A DNA stretch of 64,000 bases from Chrysomallon squamiferum (taxonomy: Eukaryota; Animalia; Mollusca): contig CM022676.1 of NCBI GenBank assembly GCA_012295275.1, positions 11,160,001 through 11,224,000 of the forward strand, read 5' to 3'. Within the stretch, counting starts at the first letter, position 1. Every line of letters starts with the position of its first letter. This document shows, piece after piece, positions 1 through 12,800 of the stretch. The position numbers were made by a program, and so were the translations under genes. The notes beneath the pieces were generated by a model. That model saw only the letters and a list, made by a program, of their open reading frames with translations, was not told where the DNA came from and ran no database searches.

Positions 1-300
1 TGTTTCATGTTTATGACAGTGTGTATGTTATTTATCATATGTTTCATGTTTATGACGGTGTGTATGTTATTTATCATAGTGTTTCATGTTTATGACGATG
101 TATTTGTTATTTATCATAGTGTTTGTTTTATATGACTATGTATTTGTTGGTTATCATAGTGTTTATTGTTTATGACAATGTATTGGTTATTTGTCGTAGT
201 GTTTGTTGTTTATGACAGTGTATTTGTTTTTTATCATAGTGTTTCATGTTTATGACAATATATTTGTTATTTATTGTGGTGTTTGTTATTTGTGATAACA
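1..300. repeat. 40-bp minisatellite (20-bp sub-repeats), truncated by the window start
   Basis: Unit approx. gtgtttcatgtttatgacagtgtatttgttatttatcata, about 7 copies. Confidence 0.85.
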
Positions 301-308
301 CCATTTTC

Positions 309-475
309 TTTATGTCATTATATTTCTATTATGTACTTTTCACTTTTCTCAATTAAAGGTTCACGCTTACCCGGAAACAGCATCTGATCGATTATTATCC
401 TATTGCATGAACATAATGAAATACAGTAAAGCAAAAACTTCCGCTCAACACTTTTGTTCATTTCCATCTGTCATA
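309..475 (-). pseudogene. Degenerate pseudo-exon of FReD exon 21 with its donor and flanking intron
   Basis: 475-371 translates YDRWK*TKVLSGSFCFTVFHYVHAIG**SIRCCFR|gtaagc, an ungapped 35-codon match to NSRWNCAEMYGGGFWFNACGYVNPTGKYSDVNYLM|gtaagc of copy C. Bases 309-370 match copy C intron 21 (about 47058-47118). Confidence 0.7.
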
Positions 476-518
<43 letters not shown>

Positions 519-810
519 TAAATATTTTTTTATTTATGAGTTCTACTTTGTTTCTTTCTTTCGATCCTCATTCTATCACGTTATGTCATTGGATGGCACT
601 CGACAATGTCCACACATACACACATACACATAGACACACGCATATACATATATATATATATATAGATAGATACACAGACATATACAACTACTATTACTAT
701 TAATAATATGTGAATAAATTAGTATGCAGCAAATATTAATTATAATTTTTGACATTTAAGCAAAAAGAAAATATCAAACACGAAAGAAGATCAATGTATT
801 TTATTTTTGT

Positions 811-980
811 TTAAGCAGATTGTTTTGATGAAGGCTTCACTGACATAACAATATGTTTCACAAGCGAAGTTTGCTTCACACCAAACCACGCCATACTACT
901 AACAGACTACAAAAAACAAACAAACAAACAAATAAATAAATAAATAACAGATGATGATAATAATGATAATGTTGATAATC

Positions 981-1015
<35 letters not shown>

Positions 1016-1465
1016 CTTTGTCATATTATTACAATTTCTAGTGTATCGAAGATTATATTGACAATTATGATTATGATGATTAATCATATTATTTATTTAT
1101 ATCATTTTAATTTATCTTTTGTTGTTTTCGTTTTTGTAGCAACTGCAGTGGATTCGAGGAAAACAACAACAACTTCTATGAAATGCTTACCATCATGTTA
1201 GCAGAGGTAACATATTTTCCTGTTGGATTAGCAAAACCACACCCATTAAACCAAAAACCACCAGCATGTGTCTGAGCACAATTCCCGTCACTGTTATCAT
1301 TGTCACGATCGTACGTCGTGAAAGACATTCCATTCTGAGAGAGTTTACCACTAAAGAAAAAAACAGGAAAAAAAAGGAAAAGATACAATAAAAACAAAAA
1401 ATAATAAAAACCAATAAATAGCAATGAAAAAAAAAATAAATAAAATAATAATAAAACAAAATAGA

Positions 1466-1520
<55 letters not shown>

Positions 1521-2507
1521 ATACAAAACAGTTTCAAACAATCAGTATATGTATGTATTGGTGTGTACAGGTGTGGATATGTGTCTTTATGTCTTTCTGT
1601 ATGTGTGTATGTTTTTGTGTATGTGTATATTTATGTACTTACAGTGTGTATGTCTTTACTTTTACGCCATTAGTAAAGGCAAAATGGTCGTAAATTATCA
1701 AGAAAACAAAATAATTGATAAGAATTTAAGCAATGCACATACTTTGAGAATGGATCCTTTGCAGTTCCTGAATATCCTGAAACGTGTATGCGGTACAACT
1801 GTTCTTCACTATCCACATAGAAGTTACTGTATTTAGCATATTTTTGTTGATCTTTCTGGTCAGTAATATCAACTCTCATCTCTATATTCTGTAAAGGTGA
1901 GAAGACAATTTTAAATAACAATGTTGTAGTAATGGTACAAGCATTAATAATGAAGAAAAATAAAAAAAATAAAAAATGTAAATAAATAAATACTAGTACT
2001 AGCAACAGTAGCAGTAGAAGTAGTGGTAGTAGTTGTAGTGGTACAGATAGTAATAGTTAAAAACAACAACAGCAATAACAATAATATCAGACTAAAACCA
2101 CAAACAGCAAAACGATAAGATAAAACCATCTAAAAATGATATTTGTTGCAGAAAATATTATTAGATATATTTCTTTTATTTGTGATTTCTTTTTTCCCTT
2201 TTACTTGTACATTTTAATTTTATTTGTTTCTAAAATCAAAACAGGGTTGAAAAAATTGAAATCAGTGTAATACCAATTTTATTTTTGTAATCAAATTGAA
2301 AGCGTAATGAGTAGCGTTTTGTCTTAGTAATGGCACCGTTAAACGACTGTCCCTATTGAGACTGCTAATTTACACACATCAGGATGAAAGTTATCGTATT
2401 TTAGCACTTTTAGTGCACGAATACAAATGAGGTAGTAGATTTAGAAATAACATGAAGCACTTTTTTGTACCAACCTACGGTATTCGTGAAACAGTCACTC
2501 CAGAGAA

Positions 2508-2546
<39 letters not shown>

Positions 2547-3682
2547 ATACTATTCAGACACACAAAGCAATGTCCTCACACAGAGGAAACAATCACTTTC
2601 GCGCCTTATTGGAAATTTCGGCAGTAAAAAGTCAGATTTTACAAGTGAACATTCAGTATTTCTTTGTCTTTTTTTTTTATTTTTTTTCTCTTTTGAAGCG
2701 AAGAGAAAGAAGCAAGACGTAAAAGAAAAAGTTTGTTAAGATGATAAATACATCATTCCTTGTGAAATCATGTTAATGTCTAAATGTCTCCATAAAGATC
2801 TTCAAACGAAAACAAATAAATTAGATCAAATAATAATTTTAATGTAGAAACAAAAAATCGCAAATTAATAAATAAGAAACCTAGCAAGAATAATATTTAC
2901 AAGCAGAGGTTTTTCAAGATAAAAATCCCTTCACCTTTCCTTTCTGGCTTTTAACAGTGTTTGCTGTCTTCTTTTCTTATTATTTTAGTAAGTACGGCTA
3001 AAGACTTGAAAATACACAACGTTCTCAAACAACATCATTCATTAGATTTCAAGAAACAGTTTCATGTCTTAGTCTTATTTGAATGATATAAATTACCTTA
3101 GCTGATGTAAAGAGATGAAGATTTTCATTACCCCACCAGAAACTTTTGCTTAGTTTTCCAAATCCGTTCTTATATGAAGACCAACTTCTGTTGAAACTGA
3201 CATCAGAATTTACTCGTCTGAGTACAAATGAAAATAAACAAATGAATGAATAAATAAATAAATAAATAAATGAATGAATGAAAATAAATAAATAAATAAA
3301 TGAATGAATGAATGAATGAATGAATAAATAAATAAATAAAATAAGTTAAATACGACAGCTCTAAGAGAAATTACAATCATTATAATAATAATAAATACTA
3401 CTAGTAGTACATCTCCAGCTGTTGCTGTGCTTCCACTAGTTCTACCATTTCTAGTAATAATAATTATAATAAAACATATATGTAGGAACAACATATCTAT
3501 CTATCTATCTGATAGATAGATAGACAGATATGTATATATGTATATATAATACCTAAAGAAGATTAGCCATCCTCCACCGTCTGTCTTCATATCACAGGGA
3601 GCAAGAACTAGTTTACGATAAGGCATATTTATCATGTGGATGCCACTTCCAGTTTTAACTTCTCGACAAGTAAATGTTGCGT
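811..3682 (-). other. FReD-encoding exons 18-22 of copy A
   Basis: [118 protein letters not shown]: canonical fibrinogen C-terminal motifs. Confidence 0.92.
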
Positions 3683-3783
3683 CTGCGTATATATATATAT
3701 ATATATATACACATACATACATACATACTTATATATATATATGTATGTATATATATATCTCACGTAAAAAATATTGATTATGC

Positions 3784-3830
<47 letters not shown>

Positions 3831-5039
3831 CAAGTATTGCATGTAATTAATACTTTTAAAAATATAATAATAACAAAATAATGTTAATAATTAAAAAAGA
3901 TAAATGCCAAAAAAGGAATGAAAAATGGACATAATAACATTTCAGTTATTGTAGAGGCAAATACTAAGATTTCGTTTTAAAGTTTTAAACTGTATTTCAT
4001 ACCATGTAACCAGACCATTATTCCCCGAACGCTGTAGCAGACTAGTCCTGTCTTCCTGTGGCGGCTTCGTTGTTGGTAGCATTTTTCCTTCCGCAGTGCA
4101 GTGATTTTTCTGTAACGTCAGATACAGTTAATATTTATATATATTTTAATCTGTAGTCGTGATTTAGAATCTACAAATATTCAACATTCAGAAACGTTTT
4201 AACAGCTGAAAATCTTGTGGCGATTCAGAAAAACGTCACATTAGAAAATGTTTGTGTAGAACAGTCAAGCAGAGTGTTGCAAGGGGTTGAGCCAGTTTCG
4301 TTGATACTGAAAGTCTTAACTTGAAACTGTTTTATAGTGATTCAGTTAATTTATTTTTAAATGTGTTAATAATTTAGTACCAAACTGCGAAATATATAAT
4401 TACTCGTTATTGTTCTACTGTGCATATTATTGTTGTTGTTGTTGTTGTTGTTGTTATTGTTTATTTAATTTTTATTTTACTTTTTTTTCAAAGAAAGTTG
4501 TTTCTCAACAAAGACAGAGGTAATAAACAACACAACTTCCATGGCAATGGTTCTGATATATCTGAACCTAAACAGATTAGTCGACCAACTTCCAGAACAT
4601 GTATCAGAAGTCTGTTATCAACACTTAGAAATATCCTTTACATTACTTACTGTCACAGAACAAGTGACTTTCTTTCCATCGATGTGACAACTTTCACACT
4701 GAGAATTGTGGATGACTACGATGTGCTCCTTGCTGAAAGTCCTGCCGTCGTTTGAAACTGAGATGTGAATAATTCGAATGCTGTCGATGCCAGGATGGCC
4801 ATGACGTGGTGTTTTGTAATTTCGTCTCGGTACAGGACAAAACGCCTCCACTGTATTCTGTACATTAGCTATTACGCTTTTAAGTTTTTGCCCCAAAAAA
4901 ATATTTTTCCTTACCTATGCAAAAGAAAGGAACAAAAATAAATAAAATAATAGAAGATAATTAAATAAATAAAATATAACAGTATTTTTTACTGCAGTGA
5001 AAGGATACTGACAAGTTAATAAACAAAACAAATAAAAAA

Positions 5040-5095
<56 letters not shown>

Positions 5096-8000
5096 ATCAA
5101 TCAATCAATCAAAAGAAAACAGGATTGTTTATTTCAGTGAAAGGATACTGACAAGTTAATAAAGAAAAATCGGAAGCGAGGATTCCAAATATGGTTATTT
5201 TTGCCTGGCAAGTTTATTCAGAATATCAATAAACTGGATACTGTGCTGGGCATATCCTGTGATAAACTAATCAGTTCCACCTGGAACCTGAAGAACCTTC
5301 CTTAAAACACAACATGCAGTTGAAAAATTGCCATGAAGATAAAACACCTGCTGGAAAAGCTGCAGTTAAAACCAGCACAGGCCAGACAGACCCACTGGGC
5401 GCATTTTCTACATTTCACTAGTTCAGCATAAACTGCTTTTACTGTATTGCGTCAGTTCGTGCATTAACATGATTTCACAAGGAATGATGTAGATTCACAA
5501 AGGTTAACACATTTGGTGATGTAATAATAATAATAATAAAATAATAATAAAAACAACAAATATCTATTTAGCAAATAACTAAATTCTTCATCTTATCCTT
5601 ATTATCAAAGTTGCAAAAACTAATAATATTAAAACTTACATACATTTGTCGCAGTTTACATGTTACATCCGGGCCGATAACAAAAAAGTTAGCGTTAACT
5701 GTAACTTCATCACAAGGATCTGACAGCAGGTCACACCCTTCCCCGTCGTTAATATCACTCACAACTGGCGGAATTCGAATATCAACAGAGCAGTCAGCAC
5801 CCACGAAGTTGCTCTCACAGACACAAGTTCCTGATTAAAAGAAAAAATAAGAGAGAAATCAAACAAAATAATTAGTAAATAAAATGCAAGTGATAAAGAC
5901 ATTATAATTTTGATTAAAGAGACGAATTAAATACGTAACAGAATATTCGCAGGATGTCAGACATATGAAACATTTTATATTAAAATGAATACATAGATTT
6001 GTTCCTATTATACTATCGTAAGAAAACGTTTCTGACAGTAAATCATTTATAAAATATATCAAATGTATCCGAAATTTATCATGTTGTTAATCTATAATTA
6101 TTGTAGTCATTGTTTTAAACTTGTGAAAAATGTTGAGTTATAGCTGATAAATTACACAGTAAAAACAAACAAACCATTAGTACACTTTCCTTTTTGTGAA
6201 CAGTCAGCCGGACAGGAATAGCTGATGATTTGAGTCATTATCGATTCTTTTCCTTTCTTCTCGTGAAAGTCTTCATTCATAACTGCTTCATTGACACAAG
6301 TAGATTGCACATTTGCAATGGAAATGTCAATAAAAAAGGTATTTCCAGATGCCTAAATTATATTTTTTTTAAAAAGAAAAAAGTTGTATTTGTTTTGTTT
6401 TCACTTTGAGTTTCTGACTGTAGCTTGGTGGTTACAGCACAAAGAAAGTGATTTGTAAAACGGGGCAAGCTTTCTGATCACATAGTCTTTAATCTGTGAG
6501 CCAGTGAATCTAAAGTTTTAAAATGTGTTAAGTGTATTTTTTAGTTGTGAGATTTAATAACTTCGAGACATTAAAATAATTAACAGTTTATGCAAGTGTA
6601 CAATGAAATAATAATCTATTGTTTCTCTCTGTTTTAGTTAATTAATTAAAAAAAACACAAAGTTTAGTCTCACCACAGTGTCGAATACACAGTCTCTGAG
6701 AAAACTTTCACTAGAAATGCCTGGGACTGATTTACATATTTCAACAATTTTTGATTCTGCGAATTTTTTCTCACATAACTTCCTCGCTTCTGCTTCTGTT
6801 ATTTCGTCAGTGGTATTTGACACATCTTGTGCGTTAAATGGTATACCCTACATTAACAAATTAAAAAATGGATACTATCCAAATTTTAATCTATTATCTC
6901 ACATTGTAATAATAACAATAACAATAGTACGAATAACAATAACGACTGTTCTCGAAATTAAAATTGCAAAGAAGTAATTAATTAAATATACTCAGGTCAT
7001 TTGTGATATGGAAACATAGGAACATTATTTATCGTGAGTACAGGATTTTACCATTTGATCAAGATGAGTAGAATAATGTTTGTGTATGTCAGTGTTGGCT
7101 TGTTAGCTGAGAGAGAAACTCAGACAGGTCATCAGTTAGTAGGTACTACGTTGATCATAATGCACTAGTGAATCGGCTGTAAATATTTTTGAGATACAGT
7201 GTAATGGCTTTCTGTGTATCTGTGTGTGTGTGTCATGTTATTGAGAGACAAAGAAAGGATAGGAGGGCTGATCAATTTACTAACAATTCAGCTCAACATA
7301 TTGTACCAACAGACTCACTCTTTTTCTTAAACTGCTGTAAACATCGTCTTCACTTAGCTGATCAATTTACTAACAATTCAGCTCAACATATTGCACCAAC
7401 AGACTCACTCTTTTTCTTAAACTGCTGTAAACATCGTCTGCACTCTCAGCATAAGTGATGGATCTCTTTTTCTTGCGACCTCGAAATATGCATTGTCTCC
7501 TATTTGGTGACTCTACTCTTTCAGGTTGTAGTTGTTGACAGTATTCAGTCTCTACTCTTGGTCCACATAGTACTGAATTGCATGGCAGATGTCTACACAT
7601 GTTTTGCTTAGGACAGTAACACAAGTATGAAACATCTTTCCACTTTTTGAGCTTAGCAAAACTGCTGTCCACAAAAAAGTTCTCCGAATAGTTCACTGTT
7701 AAAACATCAGATTCTGTTATTTGTCTGCATAACATATCTAACAGTAATATTAATAATACAAATTAGTACTAGCACTAATATTTCCAACGCTAGTATTACT
7801 TTATATATATATATATACTTTATGATTATTTTATTTATCATCTTTTTTGAAATATAGATAAATTATTTTCTGAATTGCCTTATTATTTAATTTAAATTTA
7901 TATATTTATTTACTTCCAAGAGTCTGTGAATTTCTTTTGATTATCTATTCCGTTGTTACTGCCGCGGGGAATCAGTGCCCCTGTTCCGAGTTCTCCACAC

Positions 8001-8675
8001 AGGCCTCTGGAGGATTTATAGTCCAGAAGTGAGGGGTAAAGGAAAACATTTAAAAACCGAGCTCTGATATATAAAGTAAGGTCAATTCTCGCTCCTGTAG
8101 GAAGGTATATCTGGAAGAAAATGATATAAATAACAATAAATTTGGAGGAAAAAACAAAAATTAAAACAAATCAAAGAAACCAAAAAGAAGAAATAAAGTG
8201 TAAATAAAAATGAAAATAATTTAATTAGTAATACGATTATGAAAAGAAACGTAAAAACACTAAAAACGTAACTGTTATACTACTTCAGTGTAAAGTAACT
8301 GTACCTGATATTCAGATTCAGATTTCCGACGAACATCTAACACGTCGTTGCTATCATCACACAAAGTGTAACCAATTTTGTATCTATACCGACACATGTC
8401 AACTTGAAACACATTTCTACCTGACCTGACAGCTATAGCACAGGTACAGGCAACCGCATCACCACACATAAAGGTTTGAATGTGAATCTGAAATAATCAT
8501 TTATTTCTTCATTGTTATACCTCTCTGTGTAAATGCATCCGCTGTACTTAATGTGTGTCTGACATTTAATTAATCTATTCGTTGCACGTGTGGGCATATC
8601 TATCTCTGTACATGTATGCACTGATGTACGTTATTATGTTAGACATATACACTGTAGCTGTTTGTGTGGGTCTCA

Positions 8676-8719
<44 letters not shown>

Positions 8720-9404
8720 ATATGTCTATCTCTCTATCTATATCTTTCTATCTGGCTGTCAGAATATCTTATAAAAATGAATCAGTAATTAAGTAAATAC
8801 AATTTACCTCTATGGGAAAAACTTTCACTGTGTACAGAACATATGAATCCGGATCCATGAAATTAATATTACTAAAACGAAAATCAGACAAATTATATTC
8901 AGCTGTATAACATTTTAAATCAATATTTTCCTACTGTTACTATTGCTTTTGCAAGCATTATAGCTACCATTGCTGCCTCTGCTATTACAAGCAGTAACAT
9001 AACGTATTATATTTATTGTTATTCTTATCATCATGATCATACGTTTATTATTATCATTATGTTGTATGCCTGCTATGTGTATAAACTACACTGAACAACT
9101 GCATGGTGACCGTGATGAGTGTACAGGCGGCTGTCAAATACAAGAAACATACCTGTTCCTACCAAAGCCCTTAAGATGAGGATCACCAGTGGACGAACAT
9201 CTTTGACCATTGAGCACTGTTAAATCTTGGACAGTCTGGATCTGACAACAATAAATAAATAAATAAATAAATTAATAAATAAATAAATAAATTAATTAAT
9301 TAATAAATAAATAAATATAAATGCTGCTACAATTTTTACTATGATCATAACTACTGGGGCTATTGTGCTTGAGGTTTTTGATACATGCGTTAGACATATA
9401 GTTT

Positions 9405-9470
<66 letters not shown>

Positions 9471-9795
9471 GGATGGATAGATAGAGATATAGACTGACAG
9501 ACAGACAGAAAGACAGACAGATAGATAGATAGATAGACAGATAGGTACATAGATATAGTAACTATACAAAGAGTTACTGATCTCTAATTTTATGATAAAT
9601 GTGCAAAAAATAAATTTAACAAAGCATCTAGAGAAGTTATAATGAATTCAAAACACAAATGGAAACTGAGAAGTACATGTGTTAAAAACAAAAAAAAATA
9701 CATGATTTCCGTACACGTTAGCTACATGTCTTACATACATTGTAAGATATGTGCTAGATAAATGTGTTCGGTATTTGTGTAGATAATGTATTTTA

Positions 9796-9832
<37 letters not shown>

Positions 9833-12800
9833 TTATAGTATGTAGTAGTTACGTAACATTAGACTTACTTTAACAGTACCAATGGTAGTGTAATTAGCCC
9901 ACATAATATGGCCGATAAAATATTCATCAGTGTAAAAACACAAGTGTTGTGAGTGTCACTCTCTTTGCATTGGTTTTAACCAGTGAGTTCGCTCGTACTT
10001 CAAAATATTGCTCTACGTTCCAGTGGTTAATTTGCACATGAACCCCACACATGTCTGCTATCAGTGGACGGTCTTTGCAGTTTTCTATGTCGTACGTGTA
10101 AACTAAAACAGGCAGGTCGCACCTTTTACTGAATTCTCCGGACTCTACACAACCAAATGGCACAGTCAGCCGTATGGGCACCTTTATTTCTTCATTCTGT
10201 TTGAGAATAAATGACTCTTTTAGCAGCTGAAAAAAAATTAAATAAAAAAAAAAAAAAAAAATAAGATAAAAACAAATAAAAAGAAAGAAAAAAACGATAT
10301 CTATAGATTTATCTCTATGTAACATTATATCTCTGATTACCACTCTGAATATAAATATACCATGATATCTCTTACTACCACTGAGTATAAACATTTAACA
10401 TTACATCTCTGATTACCAGTTAGTATAAAAATATAATATCATATCTGGGAATACCATTGACCATGTAAGTACATCATAATATCACCAAAACAATACCGGA
10501 AAATGAGATATTTTTCAGACTGCACACTAAATACACGGATCTGTCTCAACATATTTTCTAAATATGCGTCATAAGAAAATCACTATTTAATTTTAGTTTT
10601 AGGATTGTGACTGCAGTTGACTTGGACATGATTTATTGAACAACTTACAAAGATATTAAACTAAAGCCGTTTTCTCAAACTCGGTTGTAAAGAAAAATTA
10701 CAAAAGTCACTGAAACTATTTAAAACTAATGCTAGATTACAGTTGTTTTGTGGAAAAAGGCACAGATCTATTAGTATTTACACAAGTATTAATTTCTCGA
10801 GTTGAGTATCGTTGAAACCTTTGTAGTAATTTATGCAAATGAGTGACAAAAATTAATAACAGCAGACCAAATATTTCTAAATGTATGAATAAAAGAAAAT
10901 ACTACACGTAAAGATATCTAAATATTTCTAAATGTATGAATAAAAGAAAATACTACACATAAAGATATCTAAATATTTCTAAATGTATGAATAAAAGAAA
11001 ATACTACAGCTGAACTTTTGTTATGGGACAGCAAGCAGGACATTGTTATTCATAGGCTGATTAAATTTTAACACTGTAATAGAAATCTAAAGGTTGTCTG
11101 TGAGTTAGAGTTATGAATAAAAGAAAATACTGTGAGTTAGAGTTAACACTGTAAAGATACATAGTTCTAAATAGGTTTCTGTGAGTTAGAGTTAAACTGT
11201 AATAGATACACTAAGTTGTAAAGGTTGTCTGTGAGTTAGAGTTAACACTGAAAGATACACCTAAGTTGTAAAGGTTGTCTGTGAGTTAGAGTTAACACTG
11301 TAATAGAACTAAGTTTTTGTTGTGAGGAGTTAACACTGTAAAGATACACCTAAGTTGAAATTGAGTTAGATTAACACTGTAATAGATACACCTAAGTTTA
11401 AAAGTTAGAGTTAACACTGTAATAGAGATACACTAAGTTGTAAAGGTTGTCTGTGAGTTAGAGTTAACACTGTAATAGATACACCTAAGTTGTAAAGGTT
11501 GTCTGTGAGTTAGAGTTAACACTGTAATAGATACACCTAAGTTGTAAAGGTTGTCTGTGAGTTAGAGTTAACACTGTAATAGATACACCTAAGTTGTAAA
11601 GGTTGTCTGTGAGTTAGAGTTAACACTGTAATAGATACACTAAGTTGTAAAGGTTGTCTGTGAGTTAGAGTTAACACTGTAATAGATACACTAAGTTGTA
11701 AAGGTTGTCTGTGAGTTAGAGTTAACACTGTAATAGATACACTAAGTTGTAAAGGTTGTCTGTGAGTTAGAGTTAACACTGTAATAGATACACCTAAGTT
11801 GTAAAGGTTGTCTGTGAGTTAGAGTTAACACTGTAATAGATACACCTAAGTTGTAAAGGTTGTCTGTGAGTTAGAGTTAACACTGTAATAGATACACCTA
11901 AGTTGTAAAGGTTGTCTGTGAGTTAGAGTTAACACTGTAATAGATACACCTAAGTTGTAAAGGTTGTCTGTGAGTTAGAGTTAACACTGTAATAGATACA
12001 CCTAAGTTGTAAAGGTTGTCTGTGAGTTAGAGTTAACACTGTAATAGATACACCTAAGTTGTAAAGGTTGTCTGTGAGTTAGAGTTAACACTGTAATAGA
12101 TACACCTAAGTTGTAAAGGTTGTCTGTGAGTTAGAGTTAACACTGTAATAGATACACCTAAGTTGTAAAGGTTGTCTGTGAGTTAGAGTTAACACTGTAA
12201 TAGATACACTAAGTTAACTGTGAGTTAGAGTTAACACTGTAATAGATACACCTAAGTTGTAAAGGTTGTCTGTGAGTTAGAGTTAACACTGTAATAGATA
12301 CACTAAGTTGTAAAGGTTGTCTGTGAGTTAGAGTTAACACTGTAATAGATACACCTAAGTTGTAAAAAGGTTGTCTGTGAGTTAGAGTTAACACTGTAAT
12401 AGATACACTAAGTTGTAAAGGTTGTCTGTGAGTTAGAGTTAACACTGTAATAGATACACTAAGTTGTAAAGGTTGTCTGTGAGTTAGAGTTAACACTGTA
12501 ATAGATACACTAAGTTGTAAAGGTTGTCTGTGAGTTAGAGTTAACACTGTAATAGATACACCTAAGTTGTAAAGGTTGTCTGTGAGTTAGAGTTAACACT
12601 GTAATAGATACACCTAAGTTGTAAAGGTTGTCTGTGAGTTAGTTGAGTTAGAGTTAACACTGTAATAGATACACCTAAGTTGTAAAGGTTGTCTGTGAGT
12701 TAGAGTTAACACTGTAATAGATACACTAAGTTGTAAAGGTTGTCTGTGAGTTAGAGTTAACACTGTAATAGATACACCTAAGTTGTAAAGGTTGTCTGTG

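Noticed and set aside
407-2129. Short ORFs rich in Y/I/F/L (FIYL repeats, poly-Y, poly-I)
   Set aside because: Translations of (AAT)n and (AAAT)n microsatellites; only the parts overlapping the defined exons are coding.
4910-4916. AG|GTAAG at the start of copy A exon 16 (recursive-splice-like site)
   Set aside because: Not conserved in B or C (AG|ATAAG, AG|ATCAG); explained by an Ile->Val codon change.
4082-9938. Copy A indels (+1, -2, +1) sum to zero, suggesting compensation
   Set aside because: The first +1 gives a TGA within three codons, so the later indels cannot restore the protein.
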